A stretch of 64,000 nucleotides of DNA from Octopus sinensis (lineage: Eukaryota), in the NCBI RefSeq assembly GCF_006345805.1, contig NC_043007.1, forward strand, positions 13,764,001 to 13,828,000, read 5' to 3'. The notes under the pieces were generated by a model. That model was given only the letters and a program-made list of their open reading frames with translations, ran no database searches and was not told the DNA's origin. A program made the position numbers and the translations under genes. Below, piece after piece: positions 39,897-51,318 of the stretch (position 1 is the first letter of the stretch; each line of letters starts with the position of its first letter).

Positions 39897-40215
39897 CTTT
39901 TACTTTTTTACTCTTTTTCTTGTTTCAGTCATTTGACTGCGGCCATGCTGGAGCACTGCCTTTAGTCGAGCAAATCGACCCCAGGACTTATTTTTTGTAA
40001 GCCTAGTACATATTCTATCGGTCTCTTTTTCCAAACCGTTAAGTTACGTAAACACACCAGCTTCGGTTGTCAAGCGACGTTGGGGGACAAACACAGACAC
40101 ACAAACCTATACACACAGAAATAATAAGTCCTGGGCGTCAATTTGCTCGACTAAAGGCGGTGCTCCAGCATGGCCGCAGTCAAATGACTGAAACAAATAA
40201 AAGAAAGTAAAAGAA
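39897..40215. mobile_element. Two 3' portions of SINE family A in opposite orientation (minus 39897-40115, plus 40123-40215)
   Basis: Both contain GGCGGTGCTCCAGCATGGCCGCAGTCAAATGACTGAAAC, on opposite strands. Confidence 0.85.
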
Positions 40216-40681
40216 ACTGCTGAAAAATGATTAACCCCAAGAAAACAAGTGGATTGCTGGTTTCTCAGTTAGTGGAGTGATCAAGGGCGGTTCAGGAATC
40301 GCCAAAGAATATGGTATCTATAAAGATAACGTTGACCCAGAAACCAGTCCCAATGTTGATTGTGTTGTATATGACAGCAGTAATAAATGTGTTAATATTA
40401 ATTGTATCTGTTAGACAGTAAGCTAAGCTACAGGGTCTTCAGTTATCTGTGACAATCTAGAGAAACATATTTCACATCAAAGATAAGTCTAAAAGAGGTG
40501 AGGAAATTTTCGTTTTTATCAACTTTAATTTTCACACACAATATAATGGGGGTATTCGAATATAATGGGGTAATTGGTACAGCACTGATCTACATAAAAT
40601 ACAATATAGTTCAGTGGATATCACAGGCAGATGGCGCTTGGGAATATATTTGAAACGCTTCCACGGGAACTGGGAATATGT

Positions 40682-40865
40682 GGAGGCACATGACCTAGTG
40701 GTTAGAGCAGCGGACTCGCGATCAAGGGATCGCAGGTTCGAATCTCAAACCGGGTGATGTGTGTGTTTATGACCGAAACGCCTAAGCTCCACGCGTCCAA
40801 GTAAGGAACCTCTACGTTAATGAAACCGGAAAACCGGCCCTTATGAGCCAGGCATGGCTTGTGAA
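40682..40865 (+). mobile_element. SINE family C-related head, partial
   Basis: GGAGGCACATGACCTAGTGGTTAGAGCAGCGGACTCGCG...GGTTCGAATCTC. Confidence 0.7.
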
Positions 40866-40991
40866 GGAACAAACAAACCTGGAATGTAATAAAGTATTGT
40901 GGACAACGTTTAACAAATGTGGTCGGTAGAAAAGTTTTGTAAATACATTATTAATTTCTTCTAAATTAAGTCTTAGGAAATATATATTTAT

Positions 40992-41153
40992 TTACATTAT
41001 TTACAATTGAAGGATATTCGTCCTCAACTTGTTTGTTGTTAACACAACGCTTCGGCTGATAATCCCTCCAGCCTTCTTCAGGTGTCTTTGGGAAATGTCG
41101 AAACTGGGTTCTCATTCCTAAGGTATTTTTCGATGTTGTTATTATTGTTATTA

Positions 41154-41189
<36 letters not shown>
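40992..41189 (-). mobile_element. Inverted partial copy of the HHR-bearing element (family D): (AAT)n plus tail
   Basis: Reverse complement matches 41400-41573. HHR at 41041-41086: GACAC-CTGAAGA-A-GGCTG-N10-CAGCC-GAAG-CG-TT-GTGTT. Confidence 0.85.
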
Positions 41190-41191
<2 letters not shown>

Positions 41192-41210
41192 CACTTCACA
41201 ACATGCACAC

Positions 41211-41281
41211 GGGCATATGGTCTAGTGGTTAAGAGTGCGGGCTACTAACCCCAAGATTACGAGTTCGATTCCAGGCAGTGA

Positions 41282-41337
<56 letters not shown>

Positions 41338-41343
41338 GTAGTA

Positions 41344-41396
<53 letters not shown>

Positions 41397-41610
41397 TAAT
41401 AATAATAACAACAACAACAACAACAACATCGAAAAATACCTTAAGAATGAGAACCCAAGTTCAAAATTTCCCCAAGATACCTGATGAAAGCTGGAGGGTA
41501 TATCAGCTGAAACGTTGTGTTAACAACAATCAAGATGAGGCCGAATATCCATCAATTGTAAATAATGTAAATAGTGTACATAATTCCTCATCTCTTAAAT
41601 ATAGAACTGT
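41211..41610 (+). mobile_element. tRNA-headed, (AAT)n-containing, hammerhead-bearing SINE-like element (family D)
   Basis: A box TGGTCTAGTGG (41218), anticodon-arm-like GGG-CTACTAA-CCC and B box GAGTTCGATTCC (41261). Then (AAT)n(AAC)n at 41286-41427 and a ~180-bp tail shared with 40992-41132 and 49818-49988. Confidence 0.8.
41476..41521 (+). ncRNA. Minimal type I hammerhead ribozyme motif
   Basis: GATAC-CTGATGA-A-AGCTG-GAGGGTATAT-CAGCT-GAAA-CG-TT-GTGTT: ACGT palindrome replaces stem III, GUU triplet, one extra A after A9. Confidence 0.68.
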
Positions 41611-41841
41611 ATATATTTATATATCATCAAAACATTTAATTTCCTAAGTATATCTTCTTAAATACGGGATGCCTATTATCAATTATAACGTCTTTTAAGA
41701 CGGAAACTTCAATACTTACATTCATTGTATAATATAACACCAGAATTACATGAATATTATTTATTTTTCTCGTTTTAATATGAACCTCCATCATTTCCAA
41801 GCCATCCAGTTGCAGAGGCCTGCCCTTAAAATTCTCACAGT

Positions 41842-42226
41842 GATGGAAGCACTCCGTCGGTTACGACGACGAGGGTTCCGGTTGATCCGATCAACGGAAC
41901 AGCCTGCTCGTGAAATTAACGTGTAAGTGGCTGAGCATTCCACAGACACGTGTACCCTTAACGTAGTTCTCGGGGATATTCATCGTGACACAGAGAGTGA
42001 CCAGGCCGGCTCTTTGAAATACAGGCACAACAGAAACAGGAAGTAAGAGTGAGAGAAAATTGTGGTGAAGGAGTACAGCAGGGATCGCCACCATATCTGC
42101 CGGAGCCTCGTGGAGCTTTAGGAGATTTTGCTCAATAAACACTCACAACGCCCGGTCTGGGAATCGAAACCGCGACCCTACGACCGCGAGTCCGCTGCCC
42201 TAACCACTGGGCCATTGCGCCTCCAC
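41842..42226 (-). mobile_element. SINE family C, full length with 13-bp TSD
   Basis: TSD AAATTCTCACAGT at 41829-41841 and 42227-42239; tRNA-like head. Confidence 0.95.
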
Positions 42227-43370
42227 AAATTCTCACAGTACAGTTTTATAAGACCGTCAGTCGTTTTTGGTACATACGTCTCCTTCTGCAACAGCTGACT
42301 CCTTGAGATTATAAAAAAATACTAGCTTCTTATTTTATTTACTTCAGGAAGCTGACAAACAGGCGTGATAAAGATTAATAAATTATTTCCGTGTGTGCAA
42401 AACAAAACTGAATAAGTAAAAGCGATCCACTCGCAACAAAATCTCTCACACACACAGCATACTATCATTAGGCGTACTGTCATTAACTCCCTCTGAATAT
42501 AGATGTTGCCAAATAGAGAATGGCTTTCATCTTTTGGCTGTAGTACACTATGTATCAGAAATTAACTTAGACAATATGAGTCAATGATGTCGCATGACAT
42601 ACTAGAAATAACAGTTAAATCTCACTAGAGTAATATCAAGCAATCTTATATTTAACAATGACTTTAACCTTGATTATATAGGTCCTTGCTTAAAGCTGAT
42701 CTCGAAAATATAGAAGAAACATGAAAGATCATATTCATTCTCACACATGCGCAGGCACGCACACGTACATACATATATAGGCTCTGATATAAGATATAAG
42801 AAGAATTTTAGACTCACGAAAATTTTACATTTTATATTCAAAGAGAGTTAACAGCATTTGTAGATTTTAGGTGAGGAGCCATTTCTCCAGGCTATCATCA
42901 AATTGCATTGTTTTGTTCCAGTGTTTGTGTGTGCTTGTTTGTTTGTATCTGGGCGTGTGTCAATGGGTTTGTGTATGTTTGTGCGTGGGTATGTGTGTGG
43001 GTATGTGTATATATAGGATTCGTTGGACACAACGTTATCGTTAGGCCTAACTCATTGTAAAGTAAATACCACCATGAACGATATTCAAAACAACAGTGGA
43101 AAAGGCTTGCCACTGGTTTTGGTTAAAAAGAGACGATGAACGATGGCTAAAAGAATATTGAGATATATTTGATAATCAGTTAATCTAGCAAGTGGGGCCT
43201 CATATCAGTGAGTGTTGGCCGATGCGCAATGATGCCGTCGCGATTTAGGCCCCGAAACGGCGCGCATTCTCTTCTGGTGACCCCTTATACTTGCTATGCA
43301 AAACATATTTCTTTCCTCTTTTTCCTACATCGGCTGCATTTCGGTTTCAATAATTCCGTTCTCACTTTGT

Positions 43371-43590
43371 CCAAGGGCTGCTGAAAAGTTCCTGTCTTTG
43401 GGTAAAAGATACACAGGAGGATCAGTTAATTATGATTTTATTCAACAAATTCCTCTCTTAGATTCGCACACTTATTGCAGCAGTTCCTCAGTATTTCTAA
43501 GCCCTGTAAAAGAACTCCGAAAGTCGGGCCTCCGACCAAACCTTTCGTAATACTCTTAGAGCCAGGAACTTTTCAGCCTCCCCCACCTCG
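43371..43590. mobile_element. ~210-bp mariner-type MITE
   Basis: GGGCTGCTGAAAAGTTCCTGTCT (43375) is inverted to AGCCAGGAACTTTTCAGCCTCCC (43560), 20/23 match. Confidence 0.6.
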
Positions 43591-43672
43591 CACTAATCTC
43601 CTTTGGGTTTCTAATATTCAAATATTTATTTATCGATCCCAACAATTTTTGTTTTTCCTTTTAACTATATTC

Positions 43673-44099
43673 GGATCTTTTCGGTTTGAACTGCAGTTTT
43701 TAACATAATTTCTAGGTAACTAAAACATTTTAAACTTCGTATACTGGTAGAATGTGTTTATAAAACATCTTTTTCTCTTGGCTTTATTGAGAAAATTCTG
43801 TAGTTTGTAAGATATTTGTTGTTTTTTTCTTCAATTTCTGCTATTTCAACCAATCACTGACGTCTATTGAGGTAAAAAGCATCCTGTGCCGTATGAATAT
43901 GTCTCTCGTTTAAGAAACAGATTGGGTTTATTTACATTTGTGAAGAAAAAAAGATACCCTTCCCCCCACCCCTAACCCTAACTAACTCTAACCCTAAAAC
44001 AGATTGAAATGCAATACATCGATACTAGGGTCATAATTATGAGTAACAATTTCATATGACACCGCCAGAAAAAACTGCCGTTCAAACCGAAAAGATTCC
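43673..44099. mobile_element. ~430-bp non-autonomous DNA element with ~29-bp TIRs and an internal CCCTAA motif
   Basis: GG(A)ATCTTTTCGGTTTGAAC(T/G)GCAGTTTTT at both ends in inverted orientation; CCCTAACCCTAA at 43970. Confidence 0.75.
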
Positions 44100-44538
44100 T
44101 ATGTTCTGATATTATTGAGATTTAACTAAGCTATGACAGGTAAGAGTTGAGCAACTAGACAAAAGGAAGCGCCCTATTTTTACAAATTTCACCCTGGAAA
44201 ACTTTAGGCGTTTAAAGGTAGCGATCTGATGTCTATCGAAAAGACAGGAAACTTGATGTAAACCATGCCGAGAAATCTTAAGTTTGCATTCTTTTGTACC
44301 CATACATACTTGCCTCTAAGTAACTGTGTTGAGTTCAATATATCTTTCCATACTGTAAGCAAATCTTAATAGGTATATATATAGACACGCATACACACAC
44401 GTACACATATATATTCATACGCATACGTACATTCATATACGTATATATTCATTATGTATTATTGATAAATGTATGTACACACATTCTTTGTGTATACATA
44501 TATTGTGTATGTGTTTGTGTGTATATGTATGTATATAT

Positions 44539-44590
<52 letters not shown>

Positions 44591-44646
44591 GTGTGTGTGT
44601 ATACATGTATATACATATATATATATACTCACATAACACACACACA

Positions 44647-44686
<40 letters not shown>

Positions 44687-44775
44687 TCTTTGTATGTGCG
44701 TATTCTGTGTATACATATATTGCGCACGTGTTTGTGTGTATGTATATATATATATATATGCGTGTATATATATGT

Positions 44776-44855
<80 letters not shown>

Positions 44856-45866
44856 TATACTCACATACACAGACATACATATATACGTCTCTTTGTAGGT
44901 GCGTATGTATGTTTATGTGTATTTATGAACATGTGTATTTATGTATAAAAGTAAGAAATAATAAATATCATAGCTATAACGACATCACAGAAGTATTTTG
45001 CACATGTGAATGTATGTATGCTTGAAAAGAAATCGTGATAAAGATGTTGATGCTTAATAGATAAGTGGAGAAATTTATTAGAAATATGTCATTTTTCCGT
45101 TTCTCTTGTATGCTTTTTTAACTGAATACATAAAATATTCAACAAGATAGAAAACTATTCAGCCATTTTTATTCTTTGCTTGCCTTCATCTTCGCTTTAT
45201 AGAAAGGAAAATTCAGTTTGTGGGAAGTTGAATGACATATATATGTGTTCTGTCTGTATATACCATTAATTTCATTGCAGCTTTCTCTGTATCGTATCTG
45301 GCTGAATAATATATAACCTTTTTGACTCCTTTGCTTGTTTATACCTTTAAAAAATACGCTACCGGTGCAAGAAAGATGGATTTTTGTGATATATGTTGGG
45401 GATAAAAATTAGATACGAATCACAGATGCCAAAATAAATTATTCTTCGTATGAAATAAAAAAAAAAACAAATGTAGAAAACATAAAGGTTTAAAAAATAT
45501 AAAGAAGTATATTTTGAAATTCTCTATTAATGTAAAACAGAATTGCATAATTGGCAATTCCAAAGATTTCTTTTAATTAATTGCAAAAATATATATTTTT
45601 TTCAAAACTACCTTCTACGTTATGGACATTATAAAGAGTAAGAAAAAGTTTACTTTGAGTTACATTACTCAGGTAAAGGAAGCAGAGGTTTTAGTAAATC
45701 GAAATATCACACATTGGGTAGTAAGAAAGACCCACCCTACCCACCACCCATCCAAATTGTAAAAGCTTGTTGCAACATTGTCGGTTGTAATTAAGCCTGT
45801 CTCTGGTTGAAGCAGACCACGAACACTTCCCTTAAAAATTTCTGCTTAATTTCTATAGCAATACAC

Positions 45867-46267
45867 TTTACTCTTTTACACGTGTCAGTCATTTTACTGT
45901 GGCCTTGCTGGAGCACCGCCTTTAGTCGAGCAAATCGACCCCAGGACTTATTCTTTGTAAGCCTTGTACTTATTCTATCGGTCTCTTTTGCCGAACCGCT
46001 AAGTTACGGGGACGTAAACACACCAGCATCGGTTGTCAAGCGGTGTTGGTGAGACAAGAACAAACATAGACACATAAACACACACATACATTCATACATA
46101 TATACGACGGGCTTCTTTCAGTTTCCGTCTACCAAATCCATTCACAAGGCTTAAGTCGGCCCGAGGCTATAGTAGAAGACACTTGCCCAAGGTGCCACGC
46201 AGTGGTACTGAACCCGGAACCATATGGTTGGTTAGCAAGCTACTTACCACTCAACCACTCATGCGCC
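45867..46267 (-). mobile_element. SINE family A
   Basis: Full-length family match. Confidence 0.92.
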
Positions 46268-46844
46268 TATGTTGAAGACCTCAGACTAATTATCCAGTGT
46301 GCGGTTTTTCAGAACACTATCATGAATATTTGAGAATATTTTGGCTTAATTCGAGTCTTTCAGAATACGAATATATTGGGTAATGATTAATCACAGTCAA
46401 ATAAAACCCCACAGTTCGATAAGGAAAAGACCAGCAGTTCATGTTTGAAATGCTTTTCATGATAAAACTGCTCTCTCAGTTCTGATCTGGGGATAAATAC
46501 CATCTACAACTTGTTTATCGTAATCGTCTTTCATTTGTTATTATATTACCAAGTAACAAATAAACTTGTCAAACAAGATAGTTTATTTATTGGAATATAC
46601 GGTGCGGTCGTATATATAATTGACTACAAAACATTAAAATCCAAGGGAGCTAGCGATGTTCTACGTCAGCAGAGAGTAAAGACAGAATGTTGCCGTTTCT
46701 AAGGAAATGAGTTTAAAGATTCAGAAAGAAGCCTTCAACCAGAAGGTAGATAAAAATATCAAATTGCGGTATAATATTTTTGTTAATATTTTTGTTCGCA
46801 ATTCTTTATAATAAAGCAGTGCCTCTTATCTTTCCTTTTATTTT

Positions 46845-47192
46845 GAGGGCAGGAGAAAGTCGATTGCTACTTAATTTATCGACCTCGGAAGCAAAAAAGA
46901 AAAGACAAAATCGAGCTCGACTGGTTTTTAACTCAGAATATAAAGACAGACGAAATACCTCTTTCTTTACTACCCACAAGGGGGAAAACACAGAGAGGAC
47001 AAACAAGGACAGATAAAACGGATTAAGTCGATTATATCGACCCCAGTGCGTAACTGGTACTTATTTAATTGACCCCGAAAGGATGAAAGGCATAGTCGAC
47101 CTCGGCGAAATTTGAACTCAGAACGTAGCGGCAGACGAAATACCGCGAAGCATTTCGCCCGGCGTGCTAATAGCTCTGCCAGGTTACCGTCT
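46845..47192 (-). mobile_element. SINE family B with a second partial unit
   Basis: Same GACGAAATACCT.TTTCTTTACTACCC junction as at about 35660. Confidence 0.82.
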
Positions 47193-47220
47193 TAGTAGTA
47201 GTAGTAGTAGTAGTAGTAGT

Positions 47221-47289
<69 letters not shown>
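47192..47289 (+). repeat. Symmetric compound microsatellite (TAG)n(CAG)n(TAG)n
   Basis: Seen directly. Confidence 0.95.
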
Positions 47290-47290
<1 letters not shown>

Positions 47291-48307
47291 ACAAAAAACA
47301 ATATTTTAAATAATTTCTTCATATATGCATAGAAATGAATCATTAAAACGTTGTGTTTACAAAGTGTGAGGCGAAAGATAAGACGAAGTTATATAAAAGA
47401 TGACGGTAGGTGCATAGACGTCATATAATGAATATATTAATCCTGTTACATACATACTTACCCAAGGAGCTTTGCTATAATATTTAACTCAGAACCATGA
47501 CATGGCAAATTGATTTTTTGAACTCCCTTACGGCTATGTCTGTCTCTTTGTTTGATATCTGAAGTGATTTGTCTTCAATTCGAAACTAAATGAAATTTAA
47601 GTTTTTTGTCATCGTTTTTTTTTTTTCCGTTAGTGTTTATATCTCGCTTGTTCATTCCAGACGCACTATTCCTATGAATGCTTTCTACCAGAAGAATAAT
47701 AAGTTCAAAGAAGTGAATTTTGCAGCCACGACTCAGTGGATTATAGCAATATGTTGAATATCAACGTCGTCATCAGCTCGCCGAATTTCTTGTGTCTCAA
47801 TATATTTTGTTTCCCATGATATTCTCCGTAATCTTTCGTGATCAGCAAAACTTGTACAAGACTTTCCAGCAGAAAAATATCAGTGAGAGTGAGTGTGTGT
47901 GTGGACGTAATAATATATGTGTGGTTAATATAGTTGCTTCTCAAAAATCTGCTTTCGTATTCGATCCAGCCGTTGCTCTATAGCACTGCCTCGGAGAGAC
48001 ATATGAGCTATCATAAAGCGAAACTAAGCTGAGGGAATTTGGGAGAAACTCCATTGTAGGGATGGTCCAAGTTGCATGTGTAATGCATCTCCAGGTTTAT
48101 CACCATCTGAGGCCTCAGTGCATTTGGCAGTGTTCTCTCTTTCCTCAGGTTCGGTGCCCATTTCCGATGTGTGTTTAACAGCAGCTAGCCTTCCTTTGAC
48201 TAGTGCCACTGGCGCTATAGCAGTTCATGAACGTTTTCCTTGTCCTACCGAAGCCAAGATAACATTACACACACACACACACACACACACCACACACACA
48301 CATATAT

Positions 48308-48339
<32 letters not shown>

Positions 48340-48380
48340 CATATATGAGTTTGTGTCTTTATGTTTGTATTAGTCAACAA

Positions 48381-48660
48381 CGGTTCGGCAAAAGAGTCCG
48401 ATAGACTAAGTACCCGGCTTACAAAGGCGGTGCTCCAGCATGGCGGCAGTCAAATGACTGAAACAAGTAAAAGAGTATAATATTGATTTCAAGTTTTCGG
48501 TACGAGGCCAGCAATTTCGGAGGATAGGGTAGGTCGATTACATCGAATCCAGTACTCAACTGGTACTTGTTTTATGGACCCCGAAAGAATGAAAGGCAAA
48601 ATCGACCACTGTGGAATATGAACTCAGACCGTACAGCCGGACGAAATGCTGCTAAGCGTT
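48381..48660. mobile_element. Family A 3' fragment (+, 48381-48478) next to a family B copy (-, ~48490-48660)
   Basis: Family motifs. Confidence 0.75.
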
Positions 48661-48859
48661 TTCTGATAATAATCAACTGTATTATAATATGACTGGTAAA
48701 CTTCAAAAAATGTCATGTCTTAATATTTAAGGTTTTTGTAATTTGTTTTGGTATTTCATCAGGAGTTTTTTTCCTATTTTTTATTTTTTATTTTTCGTTT
48801 TCGTAATTTACCAATTCCCCATTAATATTTATTAACATTTATTGTATCACTTACTTAAG

Positions 48860-49260
48860 AAGGCAGTGGGTAACGATTTTCTTCACTACTTCAGGGAGTG
48901 ACGACCCTGCCTGACACGAGTCCCGGGCTCAGCTGGCTCCGGCTGACAGTATCTGATATGGGCCCCTATCCAGGGTTACGGAAAGGAGACAACCTTCAAA
49001 GAAATCCGGAGTGGAGCCCCGTAGGTGGTTTAGTGTTCGACTTGACACTCTTCCGGCAGCTTCTGCAACCAAGCTGGTGCCAAACGTAATGCTCTGCACT
49101 CCTTTGCATTACGTCAGTAAGGTCGAGAGAAGATTCCTGACGATTGGGCTACCCAGGATTTTCTGACATCTAGCCCAGGCCTGCGCAAAACTAGAGGGGG
49201 AACTGGAAAAGACATGAAATGTAAAAACCAGACTGGATTAGTTTATGCGTAACTCCATTA
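48860..49260 (+). mobile_element. GC-rich non-coding segment, possibly the 5' UTR of an RTE-type LINE
   Basis: Isolated GC-rich island (GGAGACAACCT...AAATCCGGAGTGGAGCCCC...GCAGC..CTGCA.CCAAGCTGGTGCCAAACG). The resemblance is from memory only. Confidence 0.3.
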
Positions 49261-49389
49261 TCTTCCGAGACAAAAGGATACCAACAACACAACTTAAGAA
49301 GCTCACTCACAAGCGCTATGAAACAGCTGTAACCTAATCAGGTTGAAAATGAATCCAGAGCTGTGTTCTTAAGGAGCACACTTTGCATC

Positions 49390-49715
49390 CACGTGGGTTC
49401 GGATTCAGTGCCATTGCGTGCCACTTTCTATTATAGCCCTTGGCCGACCAAAGTAAACTTTGTAAATAGAAACAGTATGGGAGATCCTTGAATATATATA
49501 TGTATGTATATATGTGTGTATGTGTGTTTGTGCGTTCCCATCACGGATTAACCGTAGGTGTTAGTTTATTTACATCCCCGTAACAGCTGTTCAGCAAAAG
49601 AGACTTCTGGAATAAATAACAGTCTTTAAAAAACTATTTGGATCGATTTGTTCGGCTGAGCCCTTGAAACTGTTATTACAGTATAACTGCAGCCCAGTTA
49701 CTAAAACAAGTAAAA
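49390..49715 (+). mobile_element. Old, diverged SINE family A copy
   Basis: GGGTTCGGATTCAGTGCCATTGCGTG...CTATTATAGCCCTTGGCCGACCAAAG...ACTAAAACAAGTAAAA. Confidence 0.7.
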
Positions 49716-49817
49716 TATCAAAGAGAAAGAAAGAAATTATAAGCCAGCGAATACTTACAACCATAAAAATAAAGTGATCTTTCCCTCTATATTTTACATT
49801 TAACTTATAATTCTACA

Positions 49818-50050
49818 CATTTCTATTTTTAAGAGATGAGGAATTATGTAAATTATTTACATTTGACGGATATTTGTCCTCATCTTGTTTGTTATTAACA
49901 CAACGCTTCGGCTGATATACCCTCCAGCCTTCATCAGGTGTCTTGGGGAAATTTCGAACCTGGATCCTCATTCCTAAAGTATTTTTCGTTGTGTTAACAA
50001 CAAGCAAGATGAGGACAAATATCTGTCAAATGTAAATAATGTAAATAATG
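49818..50050. mobile_element. Fold-back insertion of family D tails (minus 49818-49988, plus 49987-50050) with a 14-bp TSD and an HHR motif at 49897-49942 (-)
   Basis: TSD CTTATAATTCTACA at 49804-49817 and 50051-50064. Arms 49852-49905 and 49987-50040 differ at 3 of 54 positions. HHR: GACAC-CTGATGA-A-GGCTG-N10-CAGCC-GAAG-CG-TT-GTGTT. Confidence 0.88.
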
Positions 50051-50269
50051 CTTATAATTCTACAGTTCTAATTCTGACTCACGTTTAGACATTTTGGTAA
50101 TTTACATTTATTTCTATCAACGAGAAATCAATTAAATTCCTTAGAAAGTTGGGAAATTCCGTCGTTTTCTGGTATTTTAACGTTTGTTTATTATATTTCG
50201 TTTTCTTAAAGAATTATTTAATTTCATATCCAGTCATGTGCTGCATAATAGCACGTATGATGATGCTAA

Positions 50270-50830
50270 GGCGGCGAGCTGGCAGAAACGTTAGCACGCC
50301 GGGCGAAATGCGTAGCCGTATTTCGTCTGCCGTTACGTTCTGAGTTCAAATTCCGCCGAGTTACTCGGTGTTGATAAAGTGCAATAACCCAGAAACCGGT
50401 CCGTAAATGTTGTTTTGCGCTGGATGGGTGTTCGGAAACTGAGATCCCTGTTCGAAAACATAAGGCCACAGATATTGTGTCATATAGCCAGCTAGAAACG
50501 ATGTTTCCTGGAGCTAAACAACAGTAACCTCGTCCCTTCCAGGACAACTACATTATGTTGTCAAATAGCCTTTACTTTATAATAAACTTCTGATTCTGGT
50601 CAAAAGGCTAATTCCTCGCAGATAAAATGTCCTGAGTATTTAATACTTGTTTCGAATTTTAGCACAATTGCAGCAAATTCGTACGAAGTCGATTGCATCC
50701 ACCCCAGTACTCAACTGGCACCTGCTTTATCGAGCCCGAACGGATGAAAGCCAAAGCCGACCTCGGTGGCACTTGAATTTCGTAAACACGTACGAAATGC
50801 CGCTAAGCCTTTTGCCCGTCGTACCAGCTC
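50270..50830. mobile_element. Cluster of SINE family B fragments in both orientations
   Basis: Head at about 50270-50360 (+) and a diverged copy at about 50650-50830 (-). Confidence 0.7.
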
Positions 50831-50930
50831 CCCGCCTAAACAGACTATTTAATATTAGTCCTCAATATGTAACCACACTGACTTAAAGTAGAATTCAACG
50901 CAGACGAATAAGCATCATATTAGCATTTGT

Positions 50931-51318
50931 GGAGGCGCAATGGCCCAGTGGTTAGGGCAGCGGACTCGCGGTCATAGGATCGCGGTTTCGATTCCCAGAC
51001 CGGGCGTTGTGAGTGTTTATTGAGCGAAAACACCTAAAAGTTCCACGAGGCTCCGGCAGGGGATGGTGGTGATCCCTGCTGTACTCTTTCCCCACAACTT
51101 TCTCTCACTCTTACTTCCTGTTTCTGTTGTACCTGTATTTCAAAGGGCCGGCCTTGTCACTCTCTGTGTCACGCTGAATATCCCCGAGAACTATGTTAAG
51201 GGTACACGTGTCTGTGGAATGCTCAGCCACTTACACTTTAATTTCACGAGCAGGCTGTTCCGTTGATTCGGATCAACCGGAACCCTCGTCGTCGTAACCG
51301 ACGGAGTGCTTCCACCAC
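50931..51318 (+). mobile_element. SINE family C, full length with 12-bp TSD
   Basis: TSD ATTAGCATTTGT at 50919-50930 and 51319-51330. Confidence 0.95.

Noticed and set aside
41211-41283. Functional tRNA gene (also considered for heads at 19919, 50931 and 4990-5066)
   Set aside because: The acceptor and T stems are imperfect, there is no poly-T terminator, and the heads are fused to repeat bodies, so they are SINE heads.
43221-43268. HHR-like motif with a good stem I (GATGCGC/GCGCATT)
   Set aside because: At least three core positions deviate (ATGATGC; G at 16.1) and stem II is poor.
43970-43997. Interstitial telomere
   Set aside because: Only 2-3 CCCTAA units, located inside a TIR element.
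48880-49000. HDV-like ribozyme in the putative LINE 5' UTR
   Set aside because: A P3/L3-like GAG-TCCCGGG-CTC is present, but P1 and P2 could not be paired in the canonical order by hand.
40966-50007. Recurrent peptide 'P(E/D)EGWRVYQPKRC' in three ORFs
   Set aside because: It is the translation of the hammerhead-bearing family D tail. The conservation is explained by repeat copies and RNA structure.
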